From: Candidatus Nomurabacteria bacterium | GTDB lineage: Bacteria > Patescibacteriota > Minisyncoccia > Phycocordibacterales > UBA918 | DNA length: 64,000 nt | Assembly (NCBI GenBank): GCA_020632155.1 | Contig: JACKGE010000001.1 | Coordinates: 314,285-378,284 of the forward strand | Reading direction: 5' to 3' | Shown: in pieces, positions 48,264-58,401 of the stretch | Numbering within the stretch: position 1 is the first letter of the stretch | Layout of the letters: the number at the start of each line of letters is the position of its first letter | Notes under the pieces: generated by a model | Told to the model about the DNA's origin: nothing | Databases searched by the model: none | What the model saw: the letters and a program-made list of their open reading frames with translations, nothing else | Position numbers and translations under genes: made by a program

Positions 48264-48809
48264 CTAGTTTATTTTTGCGTAGTCGAAGAGAACATTGAAT
48301 GCCTTACACCACGTCAGCACATACGGGTATTCCGTCAGGTCTACATCAAGCGGCATGCCGTAGACGATGTCGCCTTTGTTGCCCTTAGCAGTGCCGAGGT
48401 CGATGATGTCAGTGGCCTCAAGGTCTTTTGATAGGTACACATGCAGGTCTGGGCCATTGGTGCCGTCGTAGTCTTGAAAGTAGAGCACTCGTTCTTCTGG
48501 ACTCTCAACCACGTCGACGGTGCCGCTGACAGGGTGTCCGCTTGTGCCCTTGATAGGAAACGGTCCTCGTGAGAGTGAACCATCAGCAGTCACTTCGGTG
48601 TGAACTGTAGGAGATTCTTCAGTTGAGTCGCTACTAGTCGCCGGCTGCTGCTTTCGTGCCGCGTCAACCTGTCGCTGGGCTTCAAGGCGAGCTTGGAGGG
48701 TCGGATCAAGGGTGTCTTTGACTTCTGTGTCGATAAAAAGTGGTGAAAAGGCCCACCACAGAAACGCCCCAAGGGCGATACACAGAAGGGCAAATAGTGT
48801 TTTCTTCAT
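48264..48809 (-). CDS. DM13-domain protein with an N-terminal TM anchor
   Basis: ...GPFPIKGTSGHPVSGTVDVVESPEERVLYFQDYDGTNGPDLHVYLSKDL... resembles the DM13 domain pattern. Confidence 0.45.
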   Translation of the reverse strand: MKKTLFALLCIALGAFLWWAFSPLFIDTEVKDTLDPTLQARLEAQRQVDAARKQQPATSSDSTEESPTVHTEVTADGSLSRGPFPIKGTSGHPVSGTVDVVESPEERVLYFQDYDGTNGPDLHVYLSKDLEATDIIDLGTAKGNKGDIVYGMPLDVDLTEYPYVLTWCKAFNVLFDYAKIN

Positions 48810-48894
48810 TACTTCAAGCTTACCATGACTTCGTTTGTAGTCGCGAAAACATGGTATTATTTAGCGACAAACTATTAACAACAAACAATTATTT

Positions 48895-49368
48895 ATGGAT
48901 ATTAAAGAGATTTTCAATTGGTTTCTTGATCCGGTCAAAAACCATTACTTTGATTTTGAGGGTCGAGCAACACGCCAACAGTTTTGGATGTTCGTACTCG
49001 TATACATGGTCATCTACATTGTAGCGATGATCGTATCTGAGGCACTGGCACTCTTGTTCTCGCTCGGGATCATGCTACCAGCACTTGGTATTACTGCGCG
49101 TCGTCTGCATGACATCGATATGAGCGGCTGGTGGCAGCTTATTGGTTTTATTCCGCTACTCGGTCTTATCATCATGATCGTTCTGACTGCAAAGCAGGGC
49201 ATGACTGGTGCCAACCGTTTCGGCGGCGATCCACGAACTGGTGCTGCTGGAACCGCAGATATGGCAACAGCCACATCAGCGGAGACACCAATGAATACTG
49301 TGACCGAGATGACTACACCTGAAGCCCCAGCTGTTGGAGACACTTCAGAGGATACTAAGTCAATGTAA
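48895..49368 (+). CDS. DUF805 (YhaH-like) inner-membrane protein
   Basis: ...FDFEGRATRQQFWMFVLVYMVIYIV... followed by further TM segments. Terminator AAAAACTCCGCC-ttcg-GCGGGGTTTTTTAT at 49384-49412. Confidence 0.6.
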   Translation: MDIKEIFNWFLDPVKNHYFDFEGRATRQQFWMFVLVYMVIYIVAMIVSEALALLFSLGIMLPALGITARRLHDIDMSGWWQLIGFIPLLGLIIMIVLTAKQGMTGANRFGGDPRTGAAGTADMATATSAETPMNTVTEMTTPEAPAVGDTSEDTKSM

Positions 49369-49418
49369 TCTAATGACTAAAAAAACTCCGCCTTCGGCGG
49401 GGTTTTTTATATTTTGGT

Positions 49419-50138
49419 TTAGTTATGAATACGCGTGCCAATAAAGTTCTCGCCGCGCAGGTATTTCTGTAGCTCCTCAAGATGGGCACCATTTATGGCA
49501 GCCACCTCAATGTCATGTGCCTCGGCTTCACGGGCAGCAACTGGATCAAACGGGGTAGAGAGTCCAGGATCCCAATCTTCGGGTATCAGTTTCCTAAAAT
49601 CAGTCCATGTTATATCCTCAATCTTTTCGGCGGTCTCATCACGGCGTGGATCAGCGGTATAGACGTAGTCGATGTTAGAAAGATTGATGACCTTTTTGGC
49701 ACCTACTTTTTCCGCGATTTGGATAGCGCGCAGATCCGTACTCCCACCAGGGCGATAACCAGCAGCAACGATGAGATTCGCCTCTGCGGGAGCATCAAGT
49801 ACGTCATCCGGATTGGTGACCATTACTCTGTGGGCGGTGTCTTTAAATATAGTACGTAGGAGGTGTCCATTAAGGCGGGTGGCGTGGATACCGATCCAGT
49901 CAAGGTCTTCATCATCGAGGCCGGCCACCGTATACGCTGCATCTTGGTATCGTCGCGCTGTTTTGCCACCACCGGCAATTATTACGAAGCGCCGTCCGTG
50001 TTCCTGTATCTCACTCTCAATAAGTTGCTTAAGGCCAGTAAGAAAAGAAGTGTCTATTTGGTCGGGGGCAATGAGTGAACCACCAACTGACATAACAATG
50101 GTTTCTTGCATACGGGTACATTGTACGTGCACAGACAC
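49419..50138 (-). CDS. pyrH: Amino-acid-kinase-family protein; archaeal-type UMP kinase-like
   Basis: ...IVMSVGGSLI...FVIIAGGGKTAR... and a C-terminal nucleotide-binding region. Confidence 0.55.
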   Translation of the reverse strand: MSVHVQCTRMQETIVMSVGGSLIAPDQIDTSFLTGLKQLIESEIQEHGRRFVIIAGGGKTARRYQDAAYTVAGLDDEDLDWIGIHATRLNGHLLRTIFKDTAHRVMVTNPDDVLDAPAEANLIVAAGYRPGGSTDLRAIQIAEKVGAKKVINLSNIDYVYTADPRRDETAEKIEDITWTDFRKLIPEDWDPGLSTPFDPVAAREAEAHDIEVAAINGAHLEELQKYLRGENFIGTRIHN

Positions 50139-50175
50139 AAAAGTCTAATCATTTCTGTTGTGTTACCATGCATTT

Positions 50176-50538
50176 ATGAGGTTAAACAAACCTGTATTTC
50201 TTTTAATACAACTGTTAATTTTACTGGGGGCTCTAGCTATTGTAGTTGTAGTCATGCTGTATGTGACCAGTTCTCGTGATGGGATGGTACATGATACAAA
50301 TACTCAGGCCGTCTTGAAACGACTAGAAACGTCTGCTTCTAGCTATCATCGACGCTTGGACAGTTACGAAGCCATGTGCGGAGACATCGGGGTTCCAGAG
50401 GGTTTTTACTGTACTGAAACAGGCTCTGATTTTTCTATTGAAACAACACTAACTGACGGTTCATATTACTGTACGGATAGTACCGGTTACTTTGGGCCTA
50501 ATTCTGGCTCAGTACAAGGTCGTAGCGCGTGTCGCTAG
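50176..50538 (+). CDS. Small secreted/membrane-anchored Cys-containing protein, hypothetical
   Basis: MRLNKPVFLLIQLLILLGALAIVVVVMLYV anchor followed by ~90 aa containing 5 Cys. Confidence 0.3.
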   Translation: MRLNKPVFLLIQLLILLGALAIVVVVMLYVTSSRDGMVHDTNTQAVLKRLETSASSYHRRLDSYEAMCGDIGVPEGFYCTETGSDFSIETTLTDGSYYCTDSTGYFGPNSGSVQGRSACR

Positions 50539-50577
50539 AGGTATGTCAACAGGAGAGCAAACCTTCCCGCGCTGGGG

Positions 50578-50605
50578 TTGCACTTTTAAAGGATATCTGT
50601 ATAAT
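50578..50605 (+). promoter_or_regulatory. Near-consensus sigma-70-type promoter (TTGCAC-16-TATAAT) for the 16S rRNA
   Basis: ggTTGCACttttaaaggatatctgTATAATactgg, about 445 nt upstream of the 16S 5' end. Confidence 0.55.
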
Positions 50606-51049
50606 ACTGGCCACTGTTCACGGGAGTGAAGAACGCGTTTTTAAAGCGCGTTTCGAGTTTGGGTAAGTTCCTACTCGCACTGTCGGAGGGAGCAGCGTTT
50701 TTCGACAATACTCATCTGCACACATCAGCCAACAATTTATTTTTGTCTGATGTGTGCTGGTGAGGGTCATGTGTTTCAAAAGATTAATTGGAGAAACAGA
50801 TGATTTGAATAGATCAAATCAATCGACCTTATGATTGATTTGAGTACCAAGTTGTAATCAATTTATTTTGGTTATGACGGTACGCATCAGCAAGACAATT
50901 GAAATTTGTTTTTTCTTTTGTCTTATCCTTTAGGAGGTTCATTGAAGAGCGCTAACAGAGTACAGCGCACCGGAATGATGCATCTGCATGATTTCGATAG
51001 TAGATGAACCCAGGTAAGAACTACTTTAAGTAGATCCAAACCTGTCTTA

Positions 51050-52503
<1,454 letters not shown>

Positions 52504-52631
52504 AATTGGACACGTCGTGGTTGCTCTGGTAACAGAGTGACAACTCGCGGCTAATTGGTCGGTCTTATGTGCCTCAATTGAGCATGTAAGAGGTAATGAT
52601 ACTTGAACCTTTAGCTAGTATTTGACTGTAG

Positions 52632-52942
52632 GGAAAGACCTACCCCAAAAAGGATAAGACAAAAGAGATAGCAAAGACAAGAAAGACGCTTACACCCTTG
52701 GTATAAGCGTCTTTCTTGTTGCGCAAGCACATACTTTTGTGACCCACTTTGAGAGGTTGGTCTACGCGAGCGAAAGCCCCGCTTACAGCGGCTGTTCAGG
52801 TTGATGTTATTTTTCATTCTTCAAAATAACTAGCAACCTCTTGCGAAGTGACATTTAGTCACTTCTCACCCCAAAAAGGATAAGACAAAAGAAGATGCAA
52901 ATAGACAAGAAAAAATGACCCAGCACTGCTGGGTCATTTTTT
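52632..52942 (+). repeat. Duplicated module downstream of the 16S. Direct repeat CCCCAAAAAGGATAAGACAAAAGA (52632 and 52869), each followed by a long terminator-like hairpin (52677-52718; 52901-52942)
   Basis: Direct reading. Hairpins CAAGAAAGACGCTTACACC-cttg-GTATAAGCGTCTTTCTTG and CAAGAAAAAATGACCCAGC-actg-CTGGGTCATTTTTTCTTG. Confidence 0.6.
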
Positions 52943-52968
52943 CTTGTTGTACAACCATTCTTTAGATG

Positions 52969-53499
52969 TTAATTCGGTCGTGGAGTTGGAGTCGGTACTT
53001 GGGAATCACTATAGGGGTTTGGCGTTGGGGTTGGAACTCGCGACTCGTCATATGGATTATTCGGATTTGCCGTCGGTACCACATTAGTGTTATCAGGCAG
53101 GTCGGTATAGTTATTGCTTGGGCTGAAATTGTTTGTATTTTCAGATCTACCAAAGAATTCAAACCCGACGCTGAAATCGAAGAATGTCCAAGCGCTGCCA
53201 TTTCTCCACGAGCCCTCTTCAACATAGTCGGAGTTAAGCGGATAATCATTATTGAAACCAAGTCCACTGATTAACAAGTTTACAATACCCCAAATGCTCA
53301 TCAGAAATACAAAGGCAGCAATGCCGTAGATGGCTTGTTGCTTGGCTTGCTCGCGTGCGGCCGCGTCATCTCCCTTAAGGATAAAGTACTGGAAGGTGCG
53401 GTAGAGAAAAAAAAGTAAACCAACCGCGAAGAGGAAGGGAATAAGGATACTGTTAATGAAGACACCAATAGCAACCAGATATTCTTGTAGGCTATTCAT
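52969..53499 (-). CDS. Small two-TM protein with VirB2/TrbC-pilin-like topology plus a Pro/Thr/Asn-rich C-terminal tail (putative)
   Basis: MNSLQEYLVAIGVFINSILIPFLFAVGLLFFLY-(basic loop)-AIYGIAAFVFLMSIWGIVNLLISGLGF. Tail ...PTPTPNPYSDSQVPTPTPRPN. Confidence 0.3.
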   Translation of the reverse strand: MNSLQEYLVAIGVFINSILIPFLFAVGLLFFLYRTFQYFILKGDDAAAREQAKQQAIYGIAAFVFLMSIWGIVNLLISGLGFNNDYPLNSDYVEEGSWRNGSAWTFFDFSVGFEFFGRSENTNNFSPSNNYTDLPDNTNVVPTANPNNPYDESRVPTPTPNPYSDSQVPTPTPRPN

Positions 53500-53784
53500 A
53501 CTGGCAATTTTACCGCAAAATGGTCTTTTTTGGGCTGCACAAGCGGGATAAATAGTTTACGTTTGTGGGGTTTTTTGGTAGTATTGCGGGACTTTTGCAG
53601 AGTTTGACGACGTTGAACCCTGTGTCCGGGCTTATGGCTCTGAAACATAAACTGCTTTATGTTTCAGCCGGTCGTGACGTCAGGAACGAATTGCCGATAT
53701 TTATGAGGCGATAGGGTGGCTAGACAAGAGTTCGACTGACTTCTTACAGAAGCTGTCCAGTTTTTCAAAATTTTTTAAATTTGT

Positions 53785-53858
53785 CCGGGCTTAGCTCAGT
53801 TGGCTAGAGCGTTCGACTGATACTCGAAAGGTCCAAGGTTCAAATCCTTGAGCCCGGA
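53785..53858 (+). tRNA. tRNA-Ile (anticodon GAT), stand-alone
   Basis: Acceptor CCGGGCT/AGCCCGG, D-arm GCTC-AGTTGGCTA-GAGC, anticodon stem TTCGA/TCGAA with loop CTGATAC, T-arm CAAGG-TTCAAAT-CCTTG, discriminator A. No encoded CCA. Confidence 0.8.
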
Positions 53859-54064
53859 CAAATTTCGAAAATTTCAGAAAAACTCTTGCGTTGCTCCAAG
53901 TGTTCGCAACTCACTCGAAAGGTCCAAGGTTGACCTAGAAATTAGGGAGAGTTTACTCGACCATAATTTCGAAAATACTCTTGTGGTGGACCTAGAAAAT
54001 AATGACCGAAGGGAATATATTTTCGAAAATACTCTTGTGGTGCAAATCCTTGAGCCCGGACAAA
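53859..54064 (+). repeat. tRNA-Ile 3'-fragment copies interleaved with ~54-nt tandem repeats (att-like remnant)
   Basis: Partial tRNA copy TTCGCAACTCACTCGAAAGGTCCAAGGTT (53903-53931). Exact copy of the tRNA 3' end CAAATCCTTGAGCCCGGACAAA (54043-54064). Direct repeats (A)ATTTCGAAAATACTCTTGTGGTG at 53965-53988 and 54019-54042. Confidence 0.7.
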
Positions 54065-54228
54065 GGCTTTTATCATGGTTGATTTTCGACTGCCCGCTTA
54101 CAGCGGCTAGTCAGATTGTCAGTATTTTTCACAAGTTCAAAATACTAGGCAACCTCTTGCGAAAGTGTCTGGTGCTCGGACAAAAAGTGAGCTTTATTTT
54201 TAAAGCGCTTTGCACTAGTATTACACCC

Positions 54229-55572
54229 ATGGATTTCTCGGAACAGTTCAAAGGCAAGAAGATAACGGTTATGGGGCTCGGTCTTTTGGGTCGGGGTGTT
54301 GGTGACGCAGCGTATTTAGCCGAATGTGGCGCAGAAGTGACGGTTACCGACCTCAAATCTGAGGAACAACTTACCGATTCGGTCGAAAAACTTAAATTGT
54401 ACCCAAACGTACGTTTTGCGCTCAACGGACACAAAGAAGAAGATTTTGAAAACGTTGATATGGTACTTGTCGCTGCTGGGGTGCCGTTTGACTCTCCATA
54501 TTTAGCTCATGCCCATAAGGCCGGTGTGCCATTGAAGCAAAGTGCGGCACTCTTTGCTGAGTTATCTGGCATTCCTATTATTGGCGTTACCGGTACCCGC
54601 GGTAAAAGTACGGTCACTGCTATGGTCCATCATGTTCTGTCGGTCACTACCGGTGAACACATCATTAAGGGCGGTAATGTGCGTGGTGTCTCTAATTTAC
54701 AGTTGCTCAAAGAAGTGAAAGAAGACTCGTTAGCGGTACTGGAGCTTGATTCATGGCAATTGCAAGGTTTTGGGTGGGCTGGTATTTCACCGCAGATCGT
54801 GGTCTTCACCAATTTCATGCCCGATCACATGAATTACTATAAGAATGATATGGACGCATACTTTACGGATAAAGCAAACATCTTTTTACACCAAAAAGAG
54901 AGTGGCGTGTTCATCACGGTGCCGGAGGTATTTGAACGAGCAAAAAAAATGGCAGGCACACTTGGTCAGGAGGTGGTGTTGGTGGATGATTCAACCTTGC
55001 CAGAGGACGTACTGCTTTCAATGCCAGGTGAGCACAATCGCCTCAATGCCGCTCTAGCGGTGGCGGCCCTTCGCGCTGTTAGCCTCACGGATGAGGAAAT
55101 ATTTACTGGTCTTGCCAGTTTCTCTGGCGTTGAAGGTCGCTTGCAACTGCTCACAACCGTCGACAATGTTCGTATCTACAACGACAACAATGCCACTACA
55201 CCGCAGGCCACCGTAGCGGCTCTTGAAGCCCTTGATGTTGGCAACAAAAACATTGTGCTTATTGCGGGCGGCGCTGATAAAGGCCTTGAACTACTGCAGT
55301 TAACTGCGGCAATCAGGGAGCACTGTAAGCAAACAATACTTATCCCGGGTACCGGTACAGAGAGATTGCTCGCAGCTCTAGAGGGGGGAAATAGTACGGT
55401 TAACCGTACTATAGCAGTAGAAGATTTGCAGCAGGCAGTAGAAGAGGCGCGGCTGGCAGCCAAAAATGGCGATATTATCCTCTTTAGCCCAGCCTTCTCA
55501 TCATTCAGTCAGTACAATAATGAATATGAGCGTAATGATGAATTTGTTGAGTTAGTGAAAAAATATGAGTAA
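54229..55572 (+). CDS. murD: UDP-N-acetylmuramoyl-L-alanine--D-glutamate ligase
   Basis: MDFSEQFKGKKITVMGLGLLGRGVGDAAYLAECGAEVTVTD...IIGVTGTRGKSTVTAM... Start trimmed: the track ORF's first 127 codons read through tRNA fragments and repeats. Family-A palindrome embedded in-frame at 55391-55412. Confidence 0.85.
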   Translation: MDFSEQFKGKKITVMGLGLLGRGVGDAAYLAECGAEVTVTDLKSEEQLTDSVEKLKLYPNVRFALNGHKEEDFENVDMVLVAAGVPFDSPYLAHAHKAGVPLKQSAALFAELSGIPIIGVTGTRGKSTVTAMVHHVLSVTTGEHIIKGGNVRGVSNLQLLKEVKEDSLAVLELDSWQLQGFGWAGISPQIVVFTNFMPDHMNYYKNDMDAYFTDKANIFLHQKESGVFITVPEVFERAKKMAGTLGQEVVLVDDSTLPEDVLLSMPGEHNRLNAALAVAALRAVSLTDEEIFTGLASFSGVEGRLQLLTTVDNVRIYNDNNATTPQATVAALEALDVGNKNIVLIAGGADKGLELLQLTAAIREHCKQTILIPGTGTERLLAALEGGNSTVNRTIAVEDLQQAVEEARLAAKNGDIILFSPAFSSFSQYNNEYERNDEFVELVKKYE

Positions 55573-56848
55573 TTACAAGCGTATACATTTCATTGGCGTT
55601 GGTGGGATTGGGATGTCGGGTTTGGCGCGGCTGTATTTGCATGAGGGCGCTGTGGTAAGTGGTAGCGACCGCGCGCTCTCTGACCTCACGAGAGCGCTCG
55701 AAGCCGAGGGCGTGACTTTTTTTGCTGAACAAAGCGCAGAGAATATTACAAACGATATTGATTTGGTGGTGTACACCGAGGCGATGAGTAAAGATCATCC
55801 GGAGATGACGGCGGCGCGTGCCCTCGGAGTGCCGATGATGAACTACTTTGAGGCACTGGGTGCCGTGGCCAATGAGTACTACCTCATTGCAGTAGCTGGA
55901 ACACACGGCAAGACCACCACCACTGCCATGCTGATAGACATTTTTGAGCAAGCCGGTCTCGATCCTACTGCCATCGTTGGTTCGCTTCGCAGTAGTACTG
56001 GCAAGAATTATCGAGCGGGGAAGAGCAAGTATTTTATCGTTGAGGCCTGTGAGTATAAACGGGACTTTTTAAGTCTTAACCCCGATGTGCTCGTTATTAC
56101 TAATATTGAGCCGGAGCATCTCGATTACTACCACGACCTTGCTGATATTCAGTCAGCCTTTACTGAACTAGCCACTAAGGTGCCAGCAGAAGGCGCAATC
56201 ATCGCGAGCGTGCGTGATGCCAATGTAGCGCCGGTCCTTGAGGGTGTTGCGGCCACAGTGATCGATTATAAAGACAGCGTTGACCTAGTGTCACCAATGA
56301 AGCAACCCGGACTTCATAATCGCTTTAATGCCGCCGCAGCGCGCGCGGCAGCAACTTTTTGCGGTGTCGCAGAGGGCGTTGCAGGGCAGGCAACCAGCGA
56401 GTTTGCCGGCACGTGGCGTCGCTTTGAATACAAAGGCGAGTTACAAGGGGCGCCTATCTACGATGATTACGCGCATCACCCAACGGAACTGGCAGCCACT
56501 ATGGCCGGTGCGCGTGAGCTGTATCCAGACAAGAACTTGGTGGTAGTGTTTCAGCCACACCTCTATTCACGCACGGCTGAGCAGTTTGATGGTTTTGTAG
56601 CAGAACTCTCTAAAGGCGATCAAGTGATTTTGACCCATGTCTACGATGCGCGCGATACCGGTGGTGGGGTAACAGGAGAGCGGTTGGCAGTAGCAGTGAA
56701 AGAGAAAAACCCGAATACGGAGTATTTTGAAAAGTTTGATGATATTGTGGCAAATCTCAAGGAGACCATTATAAAAGATGACGTAGTGCTTGTAGTGGGA
56801 GCGGGGGATGTTTCGAGTGTCGCTACCAATTTGACAAAACACTTTTAA
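55565..56848 (+). CDS. murC: UDP-N-acetylmuramate--L-alanine ligase
   Basis: IHFIGVGGIGMSGLARLY...AVAGTHGKTTTTAML... Confidence 0.9.
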   Translation: MSNYKRIHFIGVGGIGMSGLARLYLHEGAVVSGSDRALSDLTRALEAEGVTFFAEQSAENITNDIDLVVYTEAMSKDHPEMTAARALGVPMMNYFEALGAVANEYYLIAVAGTHGKTTTTAMLIDIFEQAGLDPTAIVGSLRSSTGKNYRAGKSKYFIVEACEYKRDFLSLNPDVLVITNIEPEHLDYYHDLADIQSAFTELATKVPAEGAIIASVRDANVAPVLEGVAATVIDYKDSVDLVSPMKQPGLHNRFNAAAARAAATFCGVAEGVAGQATSEFAGTWRRFEYKGELQGAPIYDDYAHHPTELAATMAGARELYPDKNLVVVFQPHLYSRTAEQFDGFVAELSKGDQVILTHVYDARDTGGGVTGERLAVAVKEKNPNTEYFEKFDDIVANLKETIIKDDVVLVVGAGDVSSVATNLTKHF

Positions 56849-56887
56849 TATAGTTTATTTGTAACGGACGCAAACAGGGAGGGTCCA

Positions 56888-57370
56888 ATGAAATTTTTGT
56901 ATGGAGCGACCCGTTGGGTCATTCTTGTTGGGCCAGTTGCGTTGAAGATAGCGCGTTTCCGCCCGTACCGCTTAGTTGCAAGACTTTTTGTACATGCTCG
57001 TAATGGCGAAGTAAGGATGCGACTCGACAAATTCGACAGTCGTTCCAAGCTCGTCGCCGTCTGCAGGTACATTGGGGCAGGTGTGTCGGCCAACCGAGCT
57101 GAATACCATTTGTACAGGGAAGATGAGCGGCTCCGTCTGATACCGGTGAAAAGTATCTGGTTCTGGGGTCTTGTTCTTGTTCAGTCGCGGGGCGATGCAA
57201 TTCCTCACGACTGTGCCGAAGAGGCCACAAGTCATCCTATGTGGTCAGCGATGCTGGAAGAGGCTGGTTCTGCAAATAAAGCGCTAAAGCAATTTTGTCT
57301 CTTCAACGGACGACCACATCTCGCTGACTATGGCAGATGGGACCTAGAAGGAGTAATCAAAACTGTTTGA
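56888..57370 (+). CDS. Hypothetical basic R/W-rich protein with a strong GGGAGGG SD (atypical for this genome)
   Basis: 160-aa ORF, ~52% GC, cagGGAGGGtccaATG. Confidence 0.35.
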   Translation: MKFLYGATRWVILVGPVALKIARFRPYRLVARLFVHARNGEVRMRLDKFDSRSKLVAVCRYIGAGVSANRAEYHLYREDERLRLIPVKSIWFWGLVLVQSRGDAIPHDCAEEATSHPMWSAMLEEAGSANKALKQFCLFNGRPHLADYGRWDLEGVIKTV

Positions 57371-57443
57371 ACATCAATTTGAAGCGTCGGCCATGGGAGT
57401 GGCCGAGCTTTTCTTTTTTATAAAAACGAGCTAGGCTACGCGC

Positions 57444-58151
57444 ATGGAAGAGAAAGGAACGCTATCAATAGCTGCCACCCCGATCGGGAACCTTGAGGAC
57501 ATTACCTTGCGTGCTCTTCGAGTGCTCAAAGAAGCCGATTATGTACTCTGTGAAGATACGCGGGTAACGGGGAAGCTACTCAAACACTACAATATTGAAA
57601 CCAAGCTCAAACGCTATGACGCACACGCGAGCGAAAAAGTACACGAGCAAGTATTGGCTGATCTCGCAGCAGGGAAACATATTGCCTTGGTGAGCGATGC
57701 TGGTACGCCGAGCGTGAGTGATCCGGGGGTACTGTTGGTGTCAAACGCGCGCGCCGCAGGCGCGCGCGTTGAGACCATTCCCGGCCCTTCAGCGGTGACG
57801 GCAGCTTTCTCTATTGCCGGACTCACCGGCAACCAGTTCACTTTCTTGGGTTTTGTACCACAGAAAAAGGGACGTGAGACTTTTTTCAAAGCGCTGGCGG
57901 AGTATGATTATCCGGTTATTTTCTTTGAATCAACACACCGCATTATGAAAACCCTCCATGCTTTATCAGAAACGTATGGGGAAAATAGTACGATATATCG
58001 TACAATAATGGTGGCGAGAGAATTGACCAAAATGCATGAAGAAATGGTCCTAGGCACTCCCGAGGAGGTGTTGACCTATTTTGAAAGCTCTCCAGAAAAA
58101 CAGCGAGGGGAGTTTGTAGTCATTGTGGCCCCAGAAGGACGTGCGGTATAA
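57444..58151 (+). CDS. rsmI: 16S rRNA (cytidine1402-2'-O)-methyltransferase
   Basis: GTLSIAATPIGNLEDITLRALRVLKEADYVLCEDTRVTGKLLKHY...ARELTKMHEE. A 16-bp palindrome GTACGATATATCGTAC is embedded at 57987-58002. Confidence 0.85.
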   Translation: MEEKGTLSIAATPIGNLEDITLRALRVLKEADYVLCEDTRVTGKLLKHYNIETKLKRYDAHASEKVHEQVLADLAAGKHIALVSDAGTPSVSDPGVLLVSNARAAGARVETIPGPSAVTAAFSIAGLTGNQFTFLGFVPQKKGRETFFKALAEYDYPVIFFESTHRIMKTLHALSETYGENSTIYRTIMVARELTKMHEEMVLGTPEEVLTYFESSPEKQRGEFVVIVAPEGRAV

Positions 58152-58158
58152 TACTGGG

Positions 58159-58401
58159 ATGAGTAGAGAATCTTTGGTTTTATTGGCCGGCTTGATTGTT
58201 TTCTTTGTCCCGGTCCTCGGTATTCCGATGATATGGAAGACATACCTTCTGTATGGCTTGGGAATACTCCTGATGATACTTGGTTTTTCGCTACGCCGAA
58301 GTTCATATCTGCGCAAGATCGACCGTGGTAATGGACAGCGTGCCACGGATTCCTTTGTTGAGAGTGATCCGATCGCATCTAATAATAACGATAGCGTATG
58401 A
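58159..58401 (+). CDS. Small two-TM membrane protein. Stop overlaps the next start (ATGA)
   Basis: MSRESLVLLAGLIVFFVPVLGIPMIWKTYLLYGLGILLMILGF... Confidence 0.3.
   Translation: MSRESLVLLAGLIVFFVPVLGIPMIWKTYLLYGLGILLMILGFSLRRSSYLRKIDRGNGQRATDSFVESDPIASNNNDSV

Noticed and set aside
53848-54228. N-terminal 127 codons of the track ORF 53848-55572
   Set aside because: This stretch reads through the tRNA-Ile 3' end, tRNA-fragment copies and tandem repeats. MurD homology begins at the Met at 54229.
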